Shown: in pieces, positions 54,431 to 64,000 of the stretch | How the letters are laid out: each line of letters starts with the position of its first letter | Position numbering within the stretch: position 1 is the first letter of the stretch | From: Histomonas meleagridis 2922-C6/04-290x | Lineage: Eukaryota; Protista; Parabasalia | NCBI GenBank assembly: GCA_020184695.1 | Contig: JAANOX010000002.1 | Span: 186,001-250,000 of the forward strand | Reading direction: 5' to 3' | Length of the DNA: 64,000 nt | Program-made: the position numbers and the translations under genes | Notes under the pieces: model-generated | What the model was told of the DNA's origin: nothing | What the model saw: only the letters and a program-made list of their open reading frames with translations | Databases searched by the model: none

Positions 54431-55456
54431 ATGGAAAAAAATGATCTGATCGAAATCGCTAACAACATTTTACTCCTTTCTGGTCAAAATAAAGTACCAA
54501 TTAGAATTTCTGGAAAACAAATTCTCGATTTAATTGAAACAACATCAAATGTATTAATGAATGAACCACCAGTTCTTAAACTCGAAGGGAGATTTACAGT
54601 TGTTGGCGATTTGCATGGTAATTGCTTATCTCTTGTTTATATTTTAAACAAATATGGACTTCCACCAGATACATCATACCTTTTTTTAGGGGACTATGTT
54701 GATCGTGGAAACCATTCTTGCGAACTTTTAATTCTTCTTTATTCACTCAAAGCACTTTTCCCAAATAACATTTATTTATTAAGAGGAAACCATGAATTTT
54801 TGTCAGTTTGCTCGCAATACGGATTTTCGAGTGAGTGCTGTAAAAAGTTCAATGAACATGTATTCCTTTCTTTTGTACAAAGTTTTCAATTTTTGCCAAT
54901 ATCTGCCATTGTTAACAATCAAATATTTTGTGTTCACGGAGGAATATCAGAACAAATAAAATCTTTTGATGACATCAACAAAATATCAAAGGTTCAAATT
55001 GAAAATCCAAATTTGGATTCAATTGAATCAGATTTATTATGGAGTGATCCTTCAATTGATGTTGATGAATATGGTGTTAGCATTAGAGGTGTTGGACATG
55101 TATTTGGGGCTGAAGCGTTAGATAATTTTTTGAAGATATGTAATTTTACAAGAGTAATTAGAGCACATGAATTTTGTGAACTTGGATATGAAACAATGTT
55201 TGGAGCTGATCAGAAAATTGTTACTGTATTTAGCTCATATGATTATTGTGGACAATATAATAGTGCGGGAATTGTTAGAATAGATGAAAATAATGAAATC
55301 GATTTTGATTGTTTTGCTCCTTTGGATGTAAAACAATCTATGAAAAATAGAATGAAATTAATTAACTATCAATTAATACCAAAGATTAATCCGATAGTTG
55401 GTGATGAAATATTGCACCTTGATAAGTGCTTCAAATCAGAACTAATAGAAATTTAA
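54431..55456 (+). CDS. PPP-family Ser/Thr protein phosphatase
   Basis: GDLHG, GDYVDRG, LRGNHE, HGG, DLLWSDP, RAHE; first ATG at 54431. Confidence 0.93.
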   Translation: MEKNDLIEIANNILLLSGQNKVPIRISGKQILDLIETTSNVLMNEPPVLKLEGRFTVVGDLHGNCLSLVYILNKYGLPPDTSYLFLGDYVDRGNHSCELLILLYSLKALFPNNIYLLRGNHEFLSVCSQYGFSSECCKKFNEHVFLSFVQSFQFLPISAIVNNQIFCVHGGISEQIKSFDDINKISKVQIENPNLDSIESDLLWSDPSIDVDEYGVSIRGVGHVFGAEALDNFLKICNFTRVIRAHEFCELGYETMFGADQKIVTVFSSYDYCGQYNSAGIVRIDENNEIDFDCFAPLDVKQSMKNRMKLINYQLIPKINPIVGDEILHLDKCFKSELIEI

Positions 55457-55590
55457 TATGTAAAATTTTACTTTAAAATTTATTGGTTTAATGACGAACG
55501 TTAAAATATTAACGGTCGGAAAACTATAAAACATCGAAAACATAAAGTAATAACATAATTATGGAAAGTAATAAGTTTACATAAATAGAA

Positions 55591-55992
55591 TTACTCTTCC
55601 TTCTTCTTGGTTTGACCGAGAAGAACTTTATGGATATGTGGTACAACACCTGCAGATGCAATTGTAATGTTGGAAAGAAGTTGATTTAATTCTTCATCAT
55701 TGCGAATTGCAAGCATGATATGACGTGGTGAAATTCTTGTCTTCTTATTATCACGAGCTGCATTTCCAGCAAGTTCAAGAACTTCAACTGTAAGATATTC
55801 AAGAACTGCTGCCATGAAGACTGGAGCGCCTGCACCAACACGATCTCCATAACGACCTTCACGAAGGAAACGATGAAGACGACCTACTGGGAATTGAAGT
55901 CCTGCACGACTTGATCTTGTCTTTGGATGAGCACGTTCTCCATCAACTGCTGTCTTTGTAGCTGTTTTCTTAACACCTTTCTTAGCTGGCAT
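55591..55992 (-). CDS. H2A: Histone H2A
   Basis: [40 protein letters not shown]. Confidence 0.98.
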   Translation of the reverse strand: MPAKKGVKKTATKTAVDGERAHPKTRSSRAGLQFPVGRLHRFLREGRYGDRVGAGAPVFMAAVLEYLTVEVLELAGNAARDNKKTRISPRHIMLAIRNDEELNQLLSNITIASAGVVPHIHKVLLGQTKKKEE

Positions 55993-56296
55993 GAAAAATA
56001 ATGATTTCTTGTTTCATTCAAAAAAACAAGCGCATTTCATTCTCACAAATAATGTGGGAGCAAAACGACAATAAATAATAGCGGGGTTAAAAAAACTATA
56101 TCCATAAAAATTTTAGGGGAACAAAATGACATTATTTTTGAGAGAATTTAATTTAATTTTTTCTATATAATTTAAGGGGCTCATGACGACATTAATATTC
56201 ATTGAATATTCTAAATACAAAAACTGTTGTATCAAAACGACATTTCTAATTTTTGAACACTTTTGGAGGTAAAAATGAACTATTCATTTTCAATAA

Positions 56297-56684
56297 ATGT
56301 CTACTAAGAAACCAGCCTCAAAGACCCCAACAGAAAAGAAGCCAGCTGTTGAAGGAGAAGCCCCAGCTGAAACCGAAAAGGAAAAGAAGCAACGTCATAA
56401 GAAGAGGAACGAATCTTTCTCATCTTACATCTTTAAGGTCCTCAAGCAAGTTCATCCAGATATTGGTATTTCTAACAAAGCTATGTTGGTTATGAACAAC
56501 GTTTGTTACAGATATTTTCGAACGTATTGCACGTGAAGGTGCTCGTCTTGTTGATATGAACGATCGTAACACACTCGGATCACGTGAAATTCAAACAGCT
56601 GTTCGTCTTGTTCTTCCAGGAGATCTTGCTAAGCATGCTGTTTCCGAAGGTGGTAAAGCTGTTGCTAAGTTTAATGCAGAGTAA
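56297..56684 (+). CDS. H2B: Histone H2B with a single-base frameshift near 56498-56501
   Basis: [21 protein letters not shown]...MNN, then one extra base, then [13 protein letters not shown]...[23 protein letters not shown]...* (388 nt = 3n+1). Confidence 0.9.
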
Positions 56685-56738
56685 ATAATATGTTTCTCTC
56701 TATTTAACGTCTGTTTTGTAAAATATTCAAATTCAAAA

Positions 56739-57920
56739 ATGTTTTTTTGGCTTTTCCTTCTCTTTTTTAAATGGAAAAACCAAAGTATTGCAGTAGGAAT
56801 ATGGGCAGGTAAAGAGACAATTTCAGGTAGGGTAAAAGCACAAGCTCAAACATGGATGAAGTTTTGGGATAGAGTTTTCGTTTTTACTGATTTCGTAAAA
56901 GATGAAGAAATTACAATGATTAACCAAGAAGCTTACCCTTGCAATGTTACTATTATTCAACTTGGTGATCTTGCTGAACATCTTGATGGAACGGAATGGA
57001 CAAATAGGTGGTATCATGCACAACCACGTTTTCTTCCCGCAATGGCATCTCTTTATGAACATAACCAAGATCACCAATGGTTTCTTTTTGGTGATGATGA
57101 TACTTATATTTTTAGACCAGGAATTGAGCGCAAAGCTTCAACATTTGATTATAATAACTTAATTGCATCAGGGAAGATATGGAGTTCATGGAACCATATT
57201 ACAAAAGATATTCCACCCTATTCAACTGATCGTCTATTTATGCAAGGTGGTGCTGGTGTTTTACTTTCACACGAACTCATGAAACAACTTACACCTCAGC
57301 TTCGTAATTGTAGTTTTGGTTTTAATGATCCAGATTTTGCAGGTTCGATGCGATTTTCTGTTTGTGCCGAGCGTTTCTTCGGCCAAAAAAAATGGTCAGC
57401 TTCCGACGAAGGAATCCTCCGTAATTGGGACAAAGGATTTCATTCTTCCCCACCCGACGAAGAAATTCAATCGAAATTAATCGTTGAGCCGGTTGGAACG
57501 TTTCACCGAATTCAGCCCAAAATGTTTAATTCACTTTTCCAAGCACATGCAGCATTTTATACTAATGCTAAAGGAGAAAAATACATTTATGATCTTGGAA
57601 TATTTGCTTTCCAAAAGTATAAAATAATGCTTGGAAGAATTGGTAATGAGTTTGAATGGAGATTTGGTTATTGGATTGGCGTTGAAGATGCATTAAGAGG
57701 ATTTATTATGGCTGAAAGTAACTGGGAAGCAGTTGTAGAAAATGGAATTTTAGTTGGATTCAAACAAAAATACACAGGTAAAGTTACCGTTCATTTAAGG
57801 TGCGACGAAAGTGTTCCAGATAATAAAACATTCTTTTCACACTTTAACGATGATATGGGATCGGAACCAGTGATGATTGCTTCATGCAAAGAAATTCCTG
57901 TTGTTACAATCAGTAAATAG
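56739..57920 (+). CDS. GT31/Fringe-like glycosyltransferase
   Basis: N-terminal hydrophobic anchor, QTW, WFLFGDDDTY (DxD), GGAGVLLS. Confidence 0.75.
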   Translation: MFFWLFLLFFKWKNQSIAVGIWAGKETISGRVKAQAQTWMKFWDRVFVFTDFVKDEEITMINQEAYPCNVTIIQLGDLAEHLDGTEWTNRWYHAQPRFLPAMASLYEHNQDHQWFLFGDDDTYIFRPGIERKASTFDYNNLIASGKIWSSWNHITKDIPPYSTDRLFMQGGAGVLLSHELMKQLTPQLRNCSFGFNDPDFAGSMRFSVCAERFFGQKKWSASDEGILRNWDKGFHSSPPDEEIQSKLIVEPVGTFHRIQPKMFNSLFQAHAAFYTNAKGEKYIYDLGIFAFQKYKIMLGRIGNEFEWRFGYWIGVEDALRGFIMAESNWEAVVENGILVGFKQKYTGKVTVHLRCDESVPDNKTFFSHFNDDMGSEPVMIASCKEIPVVTISK

Positions 57921-58850
57921 AATGTTTGTTTTGAAATGATTTAAAAAAAAGATTTTTAAAATGTAAAATACATAGATATATTAAAATCAGTGATAAAAAA
58001 AATATGGTTTTTGATGATTTATTAATGATTACATAAAATTCATATGTTTCATTAATCAAATTAAGTTATTTTTAATGCTTGAGAATTTTGCAAAACACAA
58101 AATTTAATTAATACTACATTTTTACATATTCATTAGATCTTCCCTTTAGTATTTTGAAAAAAAATTATTAATCCATATTTAATCATCTTGTGAATAATAT
58201 ATAAATTGCTATTAAATCCATTAAATAACATTGAAATAGTCAATCTTCTAATGTTTGGTTTTTCATTAAAATTATAAATACTTTTATGTTTGGTGCATTA
58301 ATTAAATTGCAATATTTTCAAATGTTGTAACTTAACATAAACTCTATGGTAGTGATGAAATCTTTGTTAATGTAGTGTAATGTTAAAATTCAGAAGCTTT
58401 AATGGATATTATGTATTGACTGTATCAAATTACCAATCAACTTAAATTTGTAAGTTTGAATTTCAATTAGAAAATTCTAAATTTCTTAAATAGTATGCCT
58501 AATAAGAATGTATAATATGTATCGTTGAATCATTTTAAAATGATTCATGAAAAATCAAAATAAATTAATCACCGTTAAAACAAAAGCAAAATGATTTATT
58601 CATATCTAATAATTTACTAAAAATTTAAACAATGGAGATATCCAGATAAATCACAGATAGCTTTTGAGCCATAAATTAAATTCAGAACAAACCGTTGACA
58701 TCATCTTCATGAAAATTGCATTGATATCTGGTCATCAATTTTGATTTTTGAAAGGTTTGTCAGATGCAAATTGTCCTGAAATTGAATGCAAACGGTCATC
58801 ACCAGCAGCAAAAGTCACATCACCTTAACCCTCACTTCACATTTATCTTA

Positions 58851-59981
58851 ATGGCTGAAGACGAAGTTCAAACATTAGTTATTGATAATGGTTCCGGTAT
58901 GTGCAAGGCTGGTTTCGCTGGTGATGAAGCACCACGCTCAGTTTTCCCATCCATTGTTGGTCGTCCAAAGTATGTCCAAACAATCGCAGGTGGTCAAAAC
59001 AAGGATACATATGTTGGTGATGAAGCATGCGCTAAGGCAGGTATCCTTATCCTCAAGTACCCAATTGAGCACGGTATCGTTACCAACTGGGACGATATGG
59101 AAAAGATCTGGCACCACACCTTCTACAACGAATTACGTGTTGACCCAGCTGAACATCCAGTTCTTCTTACAGAAGCCCCAATGAACCCAAAGGCTAACCG
59201 TGAAAAGATGATCCAACTCCAATTCGAAACATTCAACGTTCCAGCATTCTATGTTGCTATCCAAGCCGTTCTCTCCCTTTACTCATCAGGTCGTACAACC
59301 GGTATCGTTTTCGATGCAGGTGATGGTGTTTCCCACACAGTTCCAATCTACGAAGGTTACGCCCTTCCACACGCCATCATGCGTATCAACCTCGCCGGTC
59401 GTGATCTCACAGCCTACCTCCAAAAGATCCTCAACGAACGTGGTTACACCTTCACAACATCCGCCGAAAAGGAAATTGTTCGTGATATCAAGGAGAAGCA
59501 CGCATATGTTGCACTTGATTTCGACGAAGAAATGAACAAGGCCGCCACAACATCCGAATGCGACATCTCATACACACTTCCAGATGGCAACGTCATCACC
59601 ATCGCCAACGAGCGCTTCAGGTGCCCAGAACTTCTTTTCAAGCCACACTTCAATGGCTTCGAATTCGAAGGTATCGACCAAACCCTCTTCAACTCCATCA
59701 TGGCATGCGATATCGATGTCCGTAAGGATCTATACGCTAACATTGTTCTCTCTGGTGGTACCACAATGTTCGAAGGTCTCCCAGAACGTATGGAGAAGGA
59801 AATGGTCCGCCTCGCACCACCAACAATGAAGATCAAAGTCGTCGCTCCACCAGAACGTAAGTACGCAGTTTGGATCGGTGGCTCCATCCTTGCCTCCCTT
59901 GCCACATTCCCACAAATGGTTATCACACGTGACGAATACAACGAAGCTGGTCCAGGAATTGTCCACCGCAAGTGCTTCTAA
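58851..59981 (+). CDS. ACT: Actin
   Basis: [29 protein letters not shown]...IVHRKCF; Inr TCACT at 58832-58836. Confidence 0.99.
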   Translation: MAEDEVQTLVIDNGSGMCKAGFAGDEAPRSVFPSIVGRPKYVQTIAGGQNKDTYVGDEACAKAGILILKYPIEHGIVTNWDDMEKIWHHTFYNELRVDPAEHPVLLTEAPMNPKANREKMIQLQFETFNVPAFYVAIQAVLSLYSSGRTTGIVFDAGDGVSHTVPIYEGYALPHAIMRINLAGRDLTAYLQKILNERGYTFTTSAEKEIVRDIKEKHAYVALDFDEEMNKAATTSECDISYTLPDGNVITIANERFRCPELLFKPHFNGFEFEGIDQTLFNSIMACDIDVRKDLYANIVLSGGTTMFEGLPERMEKEMVRLAPPTMKIKVVAPPERKYAVWIGGSILASLATFPQMVITRDEYNEAGPGIVHRKCF

Positions 59982-60601
59982 ACAACATGAATTGTCAATT
60001 TTTTGTTTATTCTCTGTAGGATGACTTTATTTGATATCCAAACTTTTTCTCAGCTTCATTAAACCTATTTAGAAATCGCATGTTAGTGTATTAACAATTA
60101 GAATTTTAATTTATTGAATTAGCTCATAAATTGCGTATTGTGTTGGTATTTGCTTTTGATCTTTAAATACTCTATTGATTTCATTCGCATAATTATGTTA
60201 CTATAGTAGAATATGTTTTGGGAAAGTTTTTCAGTGTTGTACCAAACAGCGAATATTATTTTGCAATTTCAAATTTTTGATATAACTCTTAAAGATTTTC
60301 ATTAATGCTCTGAATTGGTGTACGCGAAGTCATTTTGAAAGTGTTATTGTTTGTTCTAATAATATTAATCAAGCCACTTGAAGATTTTGATGTTGTTTTG
60401 TGACTTGTTTATAATAAGTAATACAGCAAAATCGTGAAAACTTGTGAATTATTATTCTATTACATGCAATCGCAGAAAACCTTCTTAATGATTATGTTTA
60501 ACAGCATTAGAATTTATTACTAAATGTGAAAGGTTATACCCAATAAAAACATTTTAAAATAAATATTATGTGTTTATTATTCTGTTCGATGATTACTGTT
60601 C

Positions 60602-61190
60602 TTATGCAATAATACACCTACTTTTCTGACGAATCAAGTTCTCTATTTCTGTGTGGCCATATTCAGATGCATACCTAAGAGCTGTATAAAATATTTAATA
60701 TAATTTCCAAATATTATTTTGAAATATGAAATTATTAAAATAAATCCAAAATAAAACAAATAAATATTTTTAGCATTAATATCAATTTCTTCTTGTTCAA
60801 GAAGTAATTTAACGATTTCTGTATGACCATTATAAGATGCCCAAATAAGTGCTGTTTCAAATAATTTAAATATTTTCCAAATATCATTTTGAAACATTAT
60901 ATCATTATAACAAACAATGTTTTTGGCATTAATATTTATTCCTTGTTCTAAAATATATTTAACAAGTTCTATATTTCCTATTTCCGTAGAGAAAACTAAA
61001 ATGTTTTTTGGTATTTGATACGTTTGAAGAAAGTATTTAACAAGATATAAATTTCCAATTCTTGCTGCTTCATTAATCACTTTGTCATTTATTTTCATTC
61101 CTTCATTCATTAAAAATGATAAAATTTCATAATTCCCACATTCAATACAAGAACAGTTCAAATTATTTATATTTTCATTTAGTTCTTTGT
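60602..61190 (-). pseudogene. DUF3447/ankyrin gene D: 5' part decayed, 3' spacer-interrupted part intact
   Basis: Cores at 61005 and 60855, spacers 63 and 80 nt, terminal TALRYASEYGHTEIENLIRQKSRCIIA* from 60685; TGA at 61192-61194 upstream and no intact N-terminus. Confidence 0.65.
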
Positions 61191-61501
61191 TTCACCTTTT
61201 ATTAATTGGTACTGAATCAATTGCAATTATTTTACGCGAAAGATAATTGTTTTAAAAGCTGCCTCATATTCAACCTTTCACATAATTGTTGATATGATGC
61301 GATCACAAAGAATTTAATTATTTGATCAAAAATTATAAATTTTTATAAAAATTAAAATTTCTTTATAAATTTGTTTTTTCAAGAGTTTTTGATAATTTGA
61401 AAGAAAGTTTAATTCTTTAACAATTAATACAACAATTTTTCTTGAAGAGCTTAAAATCATCAAAAACCGTTAAAAGAATTGGGGTACCCCTGAATCATAA
61501 A

Positions 61502-64000
61502 ATGACATCAGTCCGCCTTTGTGAAGGGAATGGACAATTTTATTATTTAGTAGTAAGCATTAATTCACCTGCATCAGCATCGCCACTTAGTTATTCACCT
61601 CCTCCAACAACTTATCTTTTTTCAATTGACACAAATTCTGGTTACATATATAATAGTGGAATACCAAATGTTGACTTATTCCCTTCACTTGAAAAAGCGT
61701 GCAATTTTATCGAAAGTATTTTTCCAAATTCTAAATGGACTGATTTAGGAATTGTATTAATAGGAGCAACAATAATTAACAATCAACTTGTCATTGCAAC
61801 TGCTTCTGATGTTGAAGTGTGCGCAGTTCTTTTTGGAAAAATGATATTTAAAATTAATTCTGTAAAGTATAAATCAATTGAAATTCAAAGTCTTTCTCAA
61901 TCTGATGATCAGACAGATATTTTATCGTTTCCATTGAGTGAAAATCATTTCTTTTGTAATGATATTGATTTAAACGATATATTCCCATATCCCCCACATC
62001 AAATATCAATATCACAATTTTGTTGGAATGCTCGTTGGCTTGAGCCTTTTGTTAATACTGGCTGTTTACAAGCTTGTATTACTATATATCAAGGAGCAGC
62101 ATTTTCGTTAAATATTGATAAAACATCCAAAACTAACATTACATATATCCTAAAACGTTCTGTTTCTAATCCAGGAACACGATATGCAGCTCGTGGAATA
62201 AATTCTAATGTTGATCCTGCTAATGAATGTGAATGTACCTTAATTTTCAAAAACAACGATACTTATTCCTCTTGTTCTTGGAGGCGTGGTAGTTCACCTG
62301 TTAAATGGAAAACCATTTTAAACAGCTCATTTAGTTCTGCTAAGCATATAGTTGAAGAAGGTTCGTTCGAACAGACCCCTCAATATTTTTCAAAGCTTTT
62401 TGATCGTTTTTCCATAGAAAAAATTCATGTTGTTTCATTACTTCATGATGATCAAGAGCATGGTGAATATGATTTATTAAGTTCATATCGTGAAGGCGTT
62501 AAGAAGACGTCTGAAATTATCCAAAACAAGACCATTGAATTTCATCAATTTGATATTAATAAGTATTTAAAAACCGATGAAAAAAATGTATTAAATATTT
62601 TTCTTCATGAAATCAAATCGGACATAAATTCCACCACATTTACTATATTAGATACGACCACATATAATATCACGTCGACACAAAACATATTATTTCGCTT
62701 TAATTGCGCTGATTCATTAGATCGAACGAACTTAGCGACTTTTTATTATGCGTTAATCATCACATCGAAGTATTCATATGACAACAAACTCTTCCAACGA
62801 AATCACACTCAAAATGATTGGACGAATCCGATTGAATATTTATCGCAAAATGTCATTGATTTCCTCGGTAACATATTTATTATCTCTGGCGACATTGTGT
62901 CATTATTATACACTAACACATGCGCAATTAAGACGAGTTACATCCGCCAGTTATTAAGTAATAACATCAACAACAAAAACGACATTACGATATCATTACA
63001 AAGGCGTTTTAGTAATGTTTTTTCAGATCCGCAACGACAAAAAGTCATTGAACAATGGACAAATGTTAAGAAGGTCAAAAACAAGTTTATCCTTGATGAC
63101 ATTCATATTATAAGTTTTCCTTGTATATGGACAAACAAATATATTAATGTAATATCGAACTTAAATCAAAAGTTTTTATGTAATAACGAAAAGAATGAGT
63201 TATGTTTAATGTTTGTTGAATATTTTTTGGTTTCTTCTTTGTGTATTTATTTGGTTCCTCAAAAGGATAAAAATGTTTATATATGTTTAACTGTTTATTG
63301 TGGTAATTCATTAAATGAATTGAAGAAGTTCATTAAAATTAAATTACCAAATGTGAATAAAGCAAATTATGTGAAATATGATTTGGATCAATTACGAAAT
63401 GTTTCGTTAATTCCTTTAAATCCTTTTGCATTCGAACCTTGTAAATTTATAAAGTTAAAATTCGAAGCAAATAAAAACGAATTCGGAATTGGTAATGTGA
63501 AAATAGAAGTGAAAAAACCGAATTTAACAAATGATAAATTTAAATTTTATATAAAGAAAAATGATTTAAATGAAAATGTGTTAAAGAAATTGAATGAAAA
63601 AGTTATAAAAAATAATGAAAATATTATGTTAAACAATTTGGAAAAATTGGAATTGTTTAGAATTAAATATGGAATTACTCAAAAGATATTTAATAATATG
63701 TTAATTAACTTAAACTTAAATCCTTATTTCTTTAGTTTAAAGGCTCAATTATTAAGTTATAAGTTAAATAACTCATTATGCCCTTTATGTAATAAACCTT
63801 TTGATGAAAATAACACACGTATATATTATAAATTCCATCCAACATTCCCTAATTTAATCATTAAAGAAGAATTAGAGTCAACAAAAACATTTCCAATTTG
63901 CTCAAATTGCGCTTTTGTTATCGAATCAAACAGCATCAAAGTTACTTCACTAGTGAATAATAACCGTTGTGTCAAAATTAACCGTCGCTTGGAAAAGAGA
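61502..64000 (+). CDS. SAC-domain phosphoinositide phosphatase (SAC9-like), partial (runs off the window)
   Basis: ATG at 61502; PGTRYAARG..NECEC, WRRGSSPVKW, RFNCADSLDRTN (CX5RT at about 62705) and the last codons were spot-checked in one frame; absent from the ORF track, probably because no stop lies inside the window. Confidence 0.85.
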   Translation, partial: MTSVRLCEGNGQFYYLVVSINSPASASPLSYSPPPTTYLFSIDTNSGYIYNSGIPNVDLFPSLEKACNFIESIFPNSKWTDLGIVLIGATIINNQLVIATASDVEVCAVLFGKMIFKINSVKYKSIEIQSLSQSDDQTDILSFPLSENHFFCNDIDLNDIFPYPPHQISISQFCWNARWLEPFVNTGCLQACITIYQGAAFSLNIDKTSKTNITYILKRSVSNPGTRYAARGINSNVDPANECECTLIFKNNDTYSSCSWRRGSSPVKWKTILNSSFSSAKHIVEEGSFEQTPQYFSKLFDRFSIEKIHVVSLLHDDQEHGEYDLLSSYREGVKKTSEIIQNKTIEFHQFDINKYLKTDEKNVLNIFLHEIKSDINSTTFTILDTTTYNITSTQNILFRFNCADSLDRTNLATFYYALIITSKYSYDNKLFQRNHTQNDWTNPIEYLSQNVIDFLGNIFIISGDIVSLLYTNTCAIKTSYIRQLLSNNINNKNDITISLQRRFSNVFSDPQRQKVIEQWTNVKKVKNKFILDDIHIISFPCIWTNKYINVISNLNQKFLCNNEKNELCLMFVEYFLVSSLCIYLVPQKDKNVYICLTVYCGNSLNELKKFIKIKLPNVNKANYVKYDLDQLRNVSLIPLNPFAFEPCKFIKLKFEANKNEFGIGNVKIEVKKPNLTNDKFKFYIKKNDLNENVLKKLNEKVIKNNENIMLNNLEKLELFRIKYGITQKIFNNMLINLNLNPYFFSLKAQLLSYKLNNSLCPLCNKPFDENNTRIYYKFHPTFPNLIIKEELESTKTFPICSNCAFVIESNSIKVTSLVNNNRCVKINRRLEKR

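Noticed and set aside
56480-56511. Short intron repairing the H2B frameshift
   Set aside because: Available GT..AG pairs are 11, 23 or 27 nt (wrong phase) and would remove conserved residues.

Overview
AT-rich, gene-dense, nearly intronless eukaryotic DNA from a trichomonad parabasalid (Histomonas/Tritrichomonas-like, inferred from gene families, Inr/M3/M5 promoter motifs and intron signature). Housekeeping genes: BEACH protein, DHHC, RasGAP-VPS9, Hsp70, RhoGAP, two CAMK-group kinases, TFIIA-gamma, TFIIF-alpha, RPS9, MCM2, two Mybs, RPL36A, SLC35F-like transporter, double-RING protein, tRNA-Phe, SYF1, PPP phosphatase, H2A/H2B, GT31-like enzyme, actin and a SAC phosphatase running off the window end. 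The main unexplained structure is a family of four DUF3447-like/ankyrin genes (16.3-18.2, 21.3-24.9, 38.4-41.0, 60.6-61.2 kb). In each, stop-free 90-nt ankyrin cores alternate with AT-rich spacers at an identical position. Hand count gives 31 spacers, of only 63, 80 or 83 nt. All stops and frameshifts lie in the spacers. The spacers lack usable GT-AG pairs and the trichomonad branch motif, although a canonical trichomonad intron occurs at 19437-19547. An in-register C-terminal capping repeat is conserved beyond the frameshifts. This suggests an undescribed non-canonical intron or recoding system (inference; needs RNA data). Intergenic DNA contains many gene shards (Ras-like, ankyrin, RRP12-like), and H2B carries a 1-nt frameshift. 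Coordinates were counted by hand.
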